Source of the DNA: Nitrospinales bacterium
GTDB taxonomy: Bacteria; Nitrospinota; Nitrospinia; Nitrospinales; VA-1
Assembly: GCA_965223795.1 (NCBI GenBank)
Contig: CBDCXL010000002.1
Location: 1,312,001-1,376,000 of the forward strand
Direction of reading: 5' to 3'
Length of the DNA: 64,000 nucleotides
Position numbers and translations under genes: made by a program. The notes under the pieces are model-generated. The model ran no database searches. It saw only the letters and a program-made list of their open reading frames with translations, and had not been told where the DNA came from. Positions 55,063-64,000 of this stretch are shown in pieces. Every line of letters begins with the position of its first letter. Positions within the stretch are counted from its first letter, which is position 1.

Positions 55063-56361
55063 ATGCCCAAAGCCAATCTCAAGAAAATGACCAAGACCGA
55101 GCTCATCGAGCTCGCCCGCAAACGCAAGGTCGCCATCAAAACGTCGATGCTCAAGGCGGAAATCCTGGCGCTTCTGGAAAAAGCGGAAAAGGCCAAGGCG
55201 AAAAAGCCTGTGAAAGCCAAAACCGCCGCGGCGAAAGCGAAAAAGACCCCGGCGAAAAAGGCCGCACCGAAAACAACGCCGGCGAAAAAAGCCAAACCGC
55301 CTGCCGTAAAAACAGCGGCGCCGGTGAAAGCCAAAAAAACCAAGACCGCGGCGGCCCGGCCGGCCGCGGCCCGGAAAGCCGCGCCGAAATCCCCTGCGCT
55401 CAGCGAGCCCGGCCCGTTTTCACGCTGGCCGCGCAGCGCGGCGAAGACGAAAACCGTACCCGGCAGTGCGCCGCAGCGGGACATCGAACTGGAAGACAAG
55501 GCCCAGGAGGCCAAGTTCATCGTCGGCGCACCCGACCACCACGAACCCTGGGAAACCACGCAGCCGCTGCCCGCCCAATACGGCGACCACAGGCTGGTGC
55601 TGCTGGCCCGCGACCCGTACTGGGTCCACCTGTTCTGGGAGCTCGACGCGCACCGGATCGACCGCGGCCTGTCCGAGCTGGGCTGCTCGATGGAAGCGGT
55701 GCGCTGTGTGCTTCGCGTCCACCCGCTCACTCAGGACGATGCCTTCGATGTGGACGTGGACTTTCGCACGGGCCGGCATTACATGCCGCTGTCGCCTCCG
55801 GGCGCTTCGTTCTACACGGAAATCGGCATGATCGACCCCAACGGCCGCTTTTACTGCCTGGCGCGCTCCAACTCGGTGACGCTGCCGAAGGACGGGCCTT
55901 CGGAGGTGACCGACGAGCAGTGGATGACGACGGATGAGGAATTCGAGCGCATCTACCTGCTTTCGGGCGGCAGTCAGGCGGGCAACGGCTCCGGCTCGGA
56001 AGGCCATGAGAAACGCGAACACGGGGCGCGCAAATGGGTGATGGATTTTCCCACCTCGCCGGGCAGCCACGGTTCGGCTTCGCTGGGCGCGGCGCGCGAA
56101 CGGGGCTTCCGGTTCTGGCTGGATGCGGAACTGGTGCTCTACGGCGGCGCCGATCCCGGATCGCGCATCGAGCTCAACGGCGAAGCACTGGACACGCGCC
56201 CGGACGGCACGTTCACGGTGCGCCTCGCCCTGCCCGACGGTGACTTGACCCTGCCGGTGCGCTTCGTTTCGCCCGACGGTGAGGAAGCCCACAGCGCGGA
56301 GGTGAGCGTGAACCGCAAGACCCGGATCGAACAGGAAACCCCGGACTGGCTGCTGGCCTGA
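55063..56361 (+). CDS. DUF4912-like protein with Rho-N-like and K/A-rich N-terminus
   Basis: LKKMTKTELIELA..KAEI; LPAQYG..LVLLARDPYW..FWE; ARSNSV; FWLDAELVLYG..PDGTF. Confidence 0.85.
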   Translation: MPKANLKKMTKTELIELARKRKVAIKTSMLKAEILALLEKAEKAKAKKPVKAKTAAAKAKKTPAKKAAPKTTPAKKAKPPAVKTAAPVKAKKTKTAAARPAAARKAAPKSPALSEPGPFSRWPRSAAKTKTVPGSAPQRDIELEDKAQEAKFIVGAPDHHEPWETTQPLPAQYGDHRLVLLARDPYWVHLFWELDAHRIDRGLSELGCSMEAVRCVLRVHPLTQDDAFDVDVDFRTGRHYMPLSPPGASFYTEIGMIDPNGRFYCLARSNSVTLPKDGPSEVTDEQWMTTDEEFERIYLLSGGSQAGNGSGSEGHEKREHGARKWVMDFPTSPGSHGSASLGAARERGFRFWLDAELVLYGGADPGSRIELNGEALDTRPDGTFTVRLALPDGDLTLPVRFVSPDGEEAHSAEVSVNRKTRIEQETPDWLLA

Positions 56362-56423
56362 CAAACGCATCCGCCCGCCGCCGCACACGCGGCGGGCTTC
56401 ATTGAACAAGGAGAACCCACACT

Positions 56424-58031
56424 GTGAAACCCAAAGGATACCTCGCCCTGGTCCTGCACGCGCACCTGCCTTTCGTGCGCCATCCGGAATACGATGAGTT
56501 TCTGGAAGAGGACTGGCTGTATGAAGCGATCACCGAAACCTACATCCCGCTGATCAACGTGTTCGACGGCCTGGTGCACGACCGGGTGCCGTTCAAGCTG
56601 ACGATGACGCTGACGCCGACGCTGCTCTGCATGCTGAGCGACCCGCTTTTGCAGAGCCGCTACCGGCGCTTTCTCGATAAATCCATCGAGCTGTCCTGCA
56701 AGGAGCTCGACCGGACGCGGTTTCAGCCGGAGTTCCACCGCACGGCGCTGCTCTACCACTGGCGTCTCGGGCAGGCGCGGGAGACCTTCGTCAACCAGTA
56801 CCAGAACAACCTGATCACGGCGTTTAAAAAGTTTCAGGACCTGGGGCATCTGGATCTCATCACCTGCGGCGCGACGCACGGCTACCTGCCGATCATGAAC
56901 CTCAAGCCGGAAGCGGTGCGGGCGCAGATCCAGACGGCGGTGGCCACGCACGAACGCTTTCTGGGCGCAAAGCCCAGGGGCATCTGGCTGCCGGAGTGCG
57001 GCTACACGCCCGGCGTCGAACGGCACCTGGAAGAGGCGGGCATCCGCTTTTTCTTCACCGACACGCACGGCGTGCTGCACGCCGCGCCGCGGCCGCGCTA
57101 CGGGGTGTTCGCGCCGATCTACTGCGCCAACGGGGTGGCGGCGTTCGGCCGCGACGCCGAATCGTCCAAGCAGGTGTGGAGCGCCAAGGAAGGGTATCCC
57201 GGCGACGCGAATTACCGGGAGTATTACCGCGACATCGGTTTCGACCTGGACTACGACTACATCCGCCCCTACATCGCCGCCACCGGCGAGCGCAAGATGA
57301 CCGGCTTCAAGTACCACCGCATCACCGGCGAAACGGACGAGAAAGCGCCGTACGACCCGGACCGGGCGGTGGCCAAGGCCGCCGAGCACGCGGGCAATTT
57401 CATGTACAACCGCGAAAAGCAGGTGGAGCATCTGGCCGGGGTGCTGGGCAGGCCGCCGCTCATCGTCGCGCCTTACGACGCGGAGCTGTACGGCCACTGG
57501 TGGTTCGAGGGTCCGGACTGGCTCAATTTCCTGATCCGCAAGATCGCCTTCGACCAGGACACGATCGCGCTCACCAAGCCTACCGACTACCTGCGCGAAT
57601 TTCCCACCCACCAGGTGGCGGAACCGGCGGAATCGAGCTGGGGCTACAAGGGCTTCCACGAATACTGGCTGGGCAACCCGAACGACTGGATCTACCGGCA
57701 CCTGCTCAAGGGCGCCGAGCGCATGGTGGAGCTTACGCAGCGCCACCCGCACGCGGCCGGGATCACGGAGCGGGCGTTGAACCAGGCGGCGCGCGAGCTG
57801 CTGCTCGCCCAGGGCAGCGACTGGGCCTTCATCATGACTTCGGGAACGATGGTGGAGTACGCCGTCAAGCGGACGCAGGACCACTTGAACCGCTTCAACG
57901 GGCTGTACGAGAGCATCCTCAACGGCAACGTCGACGAACGCTGGCTGGGTGAGCTGGAACGGCGGGACAACGTGTTTCCGAACATCGATTACCGGGTGTA
58001 TTCTCCCCTGGAGCGTGCGCAGGCGGCGTGA
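56424..58031 (+). CDS. GH57 family 1,4-alpha-glucan branching enzyme (DUF1957)
   Basis: LHAHLPFVRHP, ETYIP, THGYLP, WLPEC nucleophile, PYDAELYGHWWFEG, AQGSDW. Confidence 0.93.
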   Translation: MKPKGYLALVLHAHLPFVRHPEYDEFLEEDWLYEAITETYIPLINVFDGLVHDRVPFKLTMTLTPTLLCMLSDPLLQSRYRRFLDKSIELSCKELDRTRFQPEFHRTALLYHWRLGQARETFVNQYQNNLITAFKKFQDLGHLDLITCGATHGYLPIMNLKPEAVRAQIQTAVATHERFLGAKPRGIWLPECGYTPGVERHLEEAGIRFFFTDTHGVLHAAPRPRYGVFAPIYCANGVAAFGRDAESSKQVWSAKEGYPGDANYREYYRDIGFDLDYDYIRPYIAATGERKMTGFKYHRITGETDEKAPYDPDRAVAKAAEHAGNFMYNREKQVEHLAGVLGRPPLIVAPYDAELYGHWWFEGPDWLNFLIRKIAFDQDTIALTKPTDYLREFPTHQVAEPAESSWGYKGFHEYWLGNPNDWIYRHLLKGAERMVELTQRHPHAAGITERALNQAARELLLAQGSDWAFIMTSGTMVEYAVKRTQDHLNRFNGLYESILNGNVDERWLGELERRDNVFPNIDYRVYSPLERAQAA

Positions 58032-58091
58032 ACCGGCGGCATTTCGGCATTCCCATCTGCACCGGGAGCGGCGGCGAGAACGGGCGCGGAT

Positions 58092-58120
58092 TTGAGCCGG
58101 ACCGGATTCTGCGTTATAAT
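58092..58120 (+). promoter_or_regulatory. Putative sigma70 promoter of apgM-like-lysC-cimA
   Basis: TTGAGC-N17-TATAAT. Confidence 0.65.
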
Positions 58121-58261
58121 TGAATTCTTTCCGGGCATCCTTAAGGGCTCCTCCATCATTGCGATTGGCCACGAGCGACCCTTATACAACAAGGGACCGC
58201 GCGCTGCCTGACAAAGAAACGTCGAATGGTTTGAGGTCCTTTTAATTTCCACGGTTCCACC

Positions 58262-59455
58262 ATGAAATACCTGATCGTCGTCGCCGCCGGATTGACCGAC
58301 AAGCCGGTGGCGGAAAAGGACAACCAAACGCCGCTCATGCTCTCGGAGACGCCGAATCTGGACCGGCTGGCCCGCATGGGCTGTGCGGGGACGGTGCAAA
58401 CGATTGCGGATTCGTTCGACGCGGGCGAGGACGTGTCGCTGTTGTCGCTTTTAGGCTACGAGCCGGAAACGCATTACATCGCGCCGGCGGTGCTGGAGGC
58501 GCAGGCCCTGGGCGTGGACATCGGCGACGGCGAGGTGCCGGTGTGCTGCGATTTCATCCAGCTGCAGTCGAGCCACAACGACATGGTGATGAAGGACTTC
58601 ACCGGCGGCAACATGACCAATGAGGATGCCAGCCTGCTTCTGGAAGCGCTGCAGGACCAGATCGAGGAGGCGCAGTTTCACGCCGGCGCGGGGCCGCGCA
58701 ACCTGATGGTGATCGAAAGCCCGCCGCTGAACGGCAAGCTCAATCCGCCCAACGAGCTGATCGGAGAAGGCATCCGCCAGTTTCTGCCGGAAGGGGAGGA
58801 GTTCAAGGAACTGGTCTACATCATGAACCAGGCGCAGATCATCCTGCACAACCATCCCTTCAATCAGGAGCGGCAGCGTCAGGGCAAGGACACGATCAAC
58901 AGCGTCTGGCTGTGGGGAACGGGTTCCGCGCGCAAACTGCCGCCGTTTCGGGAACGGTTCGGCAAGTCGGGCGCGGTGGTCACGTCTTCGCTTTTGTTCA
59001 CGGGAATGGCGAAATCGGCGGGTCTGCATCCGGTTTTTCTGAAGCCGTCGCCCGCATCCCCGCAGGAACGGTTTCGCGAAGCGGTGGCGCGCACGCGCGA
59101 GGAAATCGACACGCACGATGTGGTCTACCTGCACATCGAGGACGCGGACACGCTTTCCCTGCTGGGCAACATCGACGACAAGATCCTCGCCATCGAGGAT
59201 TTCGACAGCGAGGTGATGGGCCCGCTGCTCGATCTTGTGGAATCGCGCGGGGACGTGAAACTGCTGCTGACCGTCGGCCACGTGGCGTCGGTGGTGAACA
59301 TGAAATACACGAAGGACAAGGTTCCGTTTCTCGCCTATCCGGCGCAGGCGGCGAGCGGGCTGGACGCGTTCGACGAATCGTTCATGGCGGACGCCGCGCA
59401 GCATTTTTCCGGCGGGCCGGCGCTGGCCGGGGCTTTTTTGGAGGACCGCCTGTAG
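58262..59455 (+). CDS. ApgM-family (cofactor-independent phosphoglycerate mutase-like) protein, catalytic residues degenerate
   Basis: Scaffold motifs TPL..TPNLDRLA.MG, LSLLGY, HPFN..R, NSVWLWG, KILAIEDFD retained. Confidence 0.85.
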   Translation: MKYLIVVAAGLTDKPVAEKDNQTPLMLSETPNLDRLARMGCAGTVQTIADSFDAGEDVSLLSLLGYEPETHYIAPAVLEAQALGVDIGDGEVPVCCDFIQLQSSHNDMVMKDFTGGNMTNEDASLLLEALQDQIEEAQFHAGAGPRNLMVIESPPLNGKLNPPNELIGEGIRQFLPEGEEFKELVYIMNQAQIILHNHPFNQERQRQGKDTINSVWLWGTGSARKLPPFRERFGKSGAVVTSSLLFTGMAKSAGLHPVFLKPSPASPQERFREAVARTREEIDTHDVVYLHIEDADTLSLLGNIDDKILAIEDFDSEVMGPLLDLVESRGDVKLLLTVGHVASVVNMKYTKDKVPFLAYPAQAASGLDAFDESFMADAAQHFSGGPALAGAFLEDRL

Positions 59456-60732
59456 TGGCTTCCCTCATCGTGCAAAAATACGGCGGCACGTCCGTCGGGT
59501 CCATCGAACGGATCAAGGCGGTGGCGCAGAGGATCGCGCGCACGCGCGAGTCGGGCAAGGACATCGTCGTGGTCGTCTCGGCGATGGCGGGGGAAACGGA
59601 CAAGTATCTGAAAATGGCGCACGCCATCACCGACTCTCCGGAACGCCGGGAAATGGATCTGCTGCTGTCCTCGGGCGAGCGGATCTCAAGCGCGCTTCTG
59701 ACCATGGCGCTGCACGCCATCGGCTGCCCCGCCGTGTCGATGACCGGCAGGCAGATCGGCATTCTGACCGACGACACGCACACGCGGGCGCGCATCCGGC
59801 AGATCGACGCGGAACGCTGCATGGCAGTGCTCAAGAAAAACCACGTCGTCGTGGCGGCGGGGTTTCAGGGCATCAACCAGCACGGCGACGTGACGACGCT
59901 GGGACGCGGCGGCTCGGACACGTCCGCGGTGGCGCTGGCCTCGGTGCTGCAGGCGGAACGGTGCGAGATCTACACGGACGTGACCGGGGTGTTCACCGCC
60001 GATCCGAACCTGGTGCCGGACGCGAAGAAGCTGGAGGTGGTGTCCTACGAGGAGATGCTGGAGATGGCCAGCCTGGGCGCCAAGGTGCTGCAGCTGCGCT
60101 GCGTGGAGTTCGCGAAAAAATTCAACATGCCCCTGATCGTGCGGTCTTCCTACAACGATGAGAAGGGGACCCTGATCACCAAGGAGGACCCGAATATGGA
60201 ACAGCCGGTGGTTTCCGGTATCATGCACGACAAAAACCAGGCCAAGATCACGGTGGCGGGGGTGCCGGATCAGCCCGGCATCGCGGCCAATCTGTTCGTG
60301 GCGCTGGCCGAGGCGTCCATTTCGGTGGACATGATCATCCAGAACATCAGTGAGGACGGGCAGACCGCCATCTCGTTCACGGTGACGACGGAGCACCTGA
60401 ACGACGCCATGAAGGTGACGCAGGCGGTGGCCAAGGAGATCCACGCGCATGAAATCACCGCCGATTCGGACATCTCGAAAATCTCCATCGTCGGCGCGGG
60501 CATGAAGAGCCATTCGGGCATCGCCGCCACGATGTTCAAAACGCTGTCGGAAGGAAACATCAACATCATGATGATCAGCACGTCGGAGATCAAGGTCTCC
60601 TGCGTCATCGAGCAGAAACACACCGAGACCGCCGTGCGCGCGCTGCACGACGCGTTCGAACTGAAATCCGGACCGGCGCTTGAGTTCAGCGGCAAACTCA
60701 GCTCGCCGGAAAGCAACATGAAGACGCTGTGA
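59455..60732 (+). CDS. lysC: Aspartate kinase
   Basis: GTG start sharing base 59455 with upstream [29 protein letters not shown] domains, ISTSEIK. Confidence 0.96.
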   Translation: MASLIVQKYGGTSVGSIERIKAVAQRIARTRESGKDIVVVVSAMAGETDKYLKMAHAITDSPERREMDLLLSSGERISSALLTMALHAIGCPAVSMTGRQIGILTDDTHTRARIRQIDAERCMAVLKKNHVVVAAGFQGINQHGDVTTLGRGGSDTSAVALASVLQAERCEIYTDVTGVFTADPNLVPDAKKLEVVSYEEMLEMASLGAKVLQLRCVEFAKKFNMPLIVRSSYNDEKGTLITKEDPNMEQPVVSGIMHDKNQAKITVAGVPDQPGIAANLFVALAEASISVDMIIQNISEDGQTAISFTVTTEHLNDAMKVTQAVAKEIHAHEITADSDISKISIVGAGMKSHSGIAATMFKTLSEGNINIMMISTSEIKVSCVIEQKHTETAVRALHDAFELKSGPALEFSGKLSSPESNMKTL

Positions 60733-60734
60733 CG

Positions 60735-62318
60735 ATGAGACACATTGTAATCTACGACACCACGCTCAGAGACGGATCGCAGTCGGAGGAGATCTCCTTC
60801 ACGGTGGAGGACAAGATCCGCATCGCGCATCAACTGGACGAGCTCGGGGTGCATTACATCGAAGGCGGCTGGCCCGGGTCCAACCCGCGCGACATCGATT
60901 TTTTCAAGCGCATCGCCCATTCCAGGTTCAAGCAGGCGAAGATCACCTCTTTCGGCAGCACGCGCTACCCAGGCAAGAACGTCGAAAAGGACGTCCTCAT
61001 GCAGGCGCTGCTGGAGACGGAAACCGAGGTGGTGACGATCTTCGGCAAGTCCTGGGACATGCAGGTGAAACACGCGCTGGGGACGGACAAGTCGGAAAAC
61101 CTGCGCATGATCACCGAAAGCCTCGCCTACCTTAAAAAGCATTTCACAGAAGTGCTGTTCGATGCGGAGCATTTCTTCGACGGTTACAAAAGCGATCCGG
61201 AATACGCACTGAAGGTGGTGCGTGAGGCGGAGTCCGCGGGCGCCGACTGGATCGTGCTGTGCGACACCAACGGCGGCACCATGCCCTGGGAGATCCGCGA
61301 GATCACCACCGCGGTCAAGGGCACGCTGAAAACGCGTCTGGGCATCCACTGCCACAACGATTCGGAGCTTGCGGTGGCGAACTCGCTCAACGCCGTGCAG
61401 GCGGGCGCCGACCAGGTGCAGGGCACGGTCAACGGTTTCGGCGAGCGCTGCGGCAACGCCAATCTCATCTCGCTCCTGCCCAACCTGAAAATCAAGATGG
61501 GGCTGGACTGCATCTCCGACGCGCAGCTCAAGCGGCTCAAGGAGGTGTCGGCGTTCGTCAACGAGCTTTCCAACAAGGCGCACTGGAACCATCAACCGTT
61601 CGTGGGCCAGAGCGCGTTCGCCCACAAGGGCGGCGTGCACGTGAGCGCGGTGCAGAAAAACCCGGAGACCTACGAGCACATGGATCCCGAAGCGGTGGGC
61701 AACCACCGGCGCATTCTGATCTCGGACTTGTCGGGAAAGAGCAATATCCTCTACAAGGCGAAGGAATTCGGCATCGATGTGAACGGCAGCGACCCCAAGA
61801 TCAAAAGCATCCTCAACACGCTGAAATCGATGGAAAATCTGGGTTACCAGTACGAAGGCGCGGAAGGGTCGTTCGAGCTTCTGATGCACGAGGCGCTGGG
61901 GGACAAGGAAGTGTTTTTCGATTTCGTCGGATTCCGCGTGATCGTCGAGAAACGCCGGGAGGATGAAGAACCCATCTCGGAAGCGACGGTCAAGATCCGC
62001 GTCAACGGCGTGCAGGAAGTGACGGCGGCCGAGGGCACGGGCCCGGTGAACGCGCTGGACAAGGCCATCAAAAAAGCGCTGATCAAGTTTTATCCGCAGC
62101 TGGAAGAGGTCAATCTCTACGACTACAAGGTGCGCATCCTCGATGAAAAAAAAGGCACGCGCTCCAAAACCCGCGTGCTGGTGGAATCGGGCGACCCGCA
62201 CTGCAAGTGGGGCACGGTCGGGGTTTCGGAAAACATCATCGAAGCGAGCTGGCAGGCACTGGTCGACAGCATCGAATACAAGCTCAACGCGTTTTCCAGG
62301 AAAAACGACTCCCCGTGA
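60735..62318 (+). CDS. cimA: Citramalate synthase (LeuA-like family)
   Basis: [52 protein letters not shown]. Confidence 0.88.
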   Translation: MRHIVIYDTTLRDGSQSEEISFTVEDKIRIAHQLDELGVHYIEGGWPGSNPRDIDFFKRIAHSRFKQAKITSFGSTRYPGKNVEKDVLMQALLETETEVVTIFGKSWDMQVKHALGTDKSENLRMITESLAYLKKHFTEVLFDAEHFFDGYKSDPEYALKVVREAESAGADWIVLCDTNGGTMPWEIREITTAVKGTLKTRLGIHCHNDSELAVANSLNAVQAGADQVQGTVNGFGERCGNANLISLLPNLKIKMGLDCISDAQLKRLKEVSAFVNELSNKAHWNHQPFVGQSAFAHKGGVHVSAVQKNPETYEHMDPEAVGNHRRILISDLSGKSNILYKAKEFGIDVNGSDPKIKSILNTLKSMENLGYQYEGAEGSFELLMHEALGDKEVFFDFVGFRVIVEKRREDEEPISEATVKIRVNGVQEVTAAEGTGPVNALDKAIKKALIKFYPQLEEVNLYDYKVRILDEKKGTRSKTRVLVESGDPHCKWGTVGVSENIIEASWQALVDSIEYKLNAFSRKNDSP

Positions 62319-62330
62319 CACGGGGCGCAC

Positions 62331-62495
62331 CGCCGGGCCCCGCCCGGTGGGAACCGGTCAAACCGCCTCGCACAAACCAATCCCGCATCGGCACACTTTA
62401 AAGATTGCCTTCGCGTGCGGACGCGTGCCGCCGGGCCCCGCCCGGTGGGAACTGGTCAAACCGCCTCGCACAAACCAATCCCGCATCGGCACATT
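62331..62495 (+). repeat. Two tandem copies (98-bp period) of the intergenic element
   Basis: CGCCGGGCCCCGCCCGGTGGGAAC(C/T)GGTCAAACCGCCTCGCACAAACCAATCCCGCATCGGCACA at 62331 and 62429. Confidence 0.92.
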
Positions 62496-62736
62496 TCAAA
62501 AATAGAATTTGCGTACGGATGCTTACTTGCGCTCCGCTGCTTTCCTCTCATCTCTCCACATTTTTAAATTTGAATTGGAATGAACCGCAGTGCTGCGCTC
62601 ACGTTTGCAGCCGCTGATCGCATTTGCCCCGCCTTCGGGAAAAATCGCCCTTTCAATAATTATAATTAACTGTTAATATAATTCTAATTTTACTTCTTGG
62701 GATTTACTGCCATCCCAGTCACCCTCTCGCCTTGCC

Positions 62737-64000
62737 ATGACCGAATCCAGGACGGAATTCGATCGCACGCCTGCCGCGACCCTCGATTTTGATTCCAGGG
62801 AAAGCGCCCTTTTGTCCCCCACCCTGTTTCTCTACTGCTTCACGTTGCTGCTGCTTGCCGGTATCGGCTGGTTCGGATATCAAAATGTGCTGAAGGAGTT
62901 GAAACAAAATCTCGGCACCCAGCTTGAGACCACGCTGTCCGCCAACGTGGAGTCTTTGAAAATCTGGATTGAAGACAAGAAAACCGATGCGGAGATCCTC
63001 GCCGCGCAGCCGGAAATCCGGGAAAAGATCCTGTCTCTGGTGGCGCTTTCAAAAACCAATGACATGCCAGCGGAAGCGTTGAAGCAAACTCCGGAACTGA
63101 TCTGGCTGCAACGGCATCTGGGTGCGGCGTGCGAAAAATACGGCTTCATCGGCTTTGTGGTTCTGGACAGCACCGGATATCAGGTCGGATCGCTGCTGGA
63201 GGAACCGGTGGGCAAACGCCAGCTCATCGAAAAGTCGGATTTTTTTTACCGCTCTCTGCAGGGCGACACGGTGCTGTCGCATCCGTTTCCGGGCGAAGTG
63301 CCACTGCCGGATAAAAACGGAAAGTGGCGGGAACACTGGCCCACCATGTTCGCCTCGACACCCATCCGCAATGCGGAAAACCAGGTGGTCGGCGTGCTCG
63401 GTTTCAGAGTGCGGCCGGAAACCGGCTTCACGCATGTGCTGGAGGTGAGCCGGTTCGGAAAGACGGGAGAGACCTTCGTGTTCGACGACACCGGCCTGCT
63501 GCTTTCCAACAGCCGCTTCACGGAGGAACTCAAATCCCTGGGTCTGCTGCCTTCGATCTCAAGCGACAATGCGATCCTGGGCATCCGGCTCAGGGTACCC
63601 GCAATGAACAGCAACCGCAATAGCGGCACAAGCCCCCTCAACCTGGATGCACGCCCGTTCACCCGCATGACGGCGAGCGCGGTTCAGGGAAAATCCGGAC
63701 TGGATGTGGACGGTTATATCGATTATAGGGGCCGGAATGTGGTGGGAGCCTGGACCTGGATTCCGGAATACTATTTCGGGATGGCGACGGAGATCGAAGT
63801 GGCGGAAGCCTTCGCCCCCATTCACAGTCTGATGCAGGGATTTATCCTGATGTTCGGGCTTTTGCTGGTGGCTTCCGCGGTGGCCGGCGGGCTGCGTTGG
63901 CGTCAAACCCGTATCGAGCAGGATCGCAACCGCGCCTGGGAGCGTTTTAAGGAAAGCGAAACATGGAGACACTCCCTTCTGGATAATGTGATGCACGCCA
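62737..64000 (+). CDS. Membrane sensor with periplasmic Cache-like domain (3'-truncated; not in ORF track)
   Basis: Frame 1 open from ATG 62737 to window end by manual translation: TM1 (LFLYCFTLLLLAGIGWFG), GKTGETFVFD..LLSNSRF, YIDYRGRNVVGAW, TM2, then a PAS-like start (ESE..HSLLDN). Confidence 0.85.
   Translation, partial: MTESRTEFDRTPAATLDFDSRESALLSPTLFLYCFTLLLLAGIGWFGYQNVLKELKQNLGTQLETTLSANVESLKIWIEDKKTDAEILAAQPEIREKILSLVALSKTNDMPAEALKQTPELIWLQRHLGAACEKYGFIGFVVLDSTGYQVGSLLEEPVGKRQLIEKSDFFYRSLQGDTVLSHPFPGEVPLPDKNGKWREHWPTMFASTPIRNAENQVVGVLGFRVRPETGFTHVLEVSRFGKTGETFVFDDTGLLLSNSRFTEELKSLGLLPSISSDNAILGIRLRVPAMNSNRNSGTSPLNLDARPFTRMTASAVQGKSGLDVDGYIDYRGRNVVGAWTWIPEYYFGMATEIEVAEAFAPIHSLMQGFILMFGLLLVASAVAGGLRWRQTRIEQDRNRAWERFKESETWRHSLLDNVMHA

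Noticed and set aside
58912..59454. N-terminal extension of aspartate kinase in the ORF track
   Set aside because: Overlaps the ApgM-like CDS; homology starts at GTG 59455

Overview
GC-rich bacterial chromosomal window, mostly core genes. Lineage is inference only: possibly Nitrospinota or a deltaproteobacteria-like group. Order: 5'-truncated smc; LRR and TPR proteins; a minus-strand glycan-modification cluster (NDP-sugar dehydratase, WbqC-like, two radical SAM enzymes, GT2, methyltransferase); elbB, nadE; a two-partner secretion pair behind a sigma54 promoter; a GlmM-like mutase and GlmU-like acetyltransferase; tRNA-Leu-tig-clpP-clpX-lon; shc; rplM-rpsI-argC-argJ; def-fmt; radC; gmhA-hldE/hldD; a YjgN/M48 pair; a sigma54 activator, sigma54 promoter, DUF4912-like and GH57 genes; apgM-like-lysC-cimA; and a 3'-truncated Cache-type sensor missing from the ORF track. 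No CRISPR, rRNA or transposase was seen. The most unusual signals are (1) a structured ~100-bp intergenic element at five loci, always at or just after a + strand TGA stop and sometimes in tandem (4.2 copies after lon, one with an insert copied from lon), (2) an ApgM-family protein lacking nearly all catalytic residues and overlapping lysC, (3) two perfect sigma54 promoters, and (4) a lipoprotein with a dead alpha/beta-hydrolase domain fused to TPRs. Family assignments come from motif recognition by eye, not database searches.
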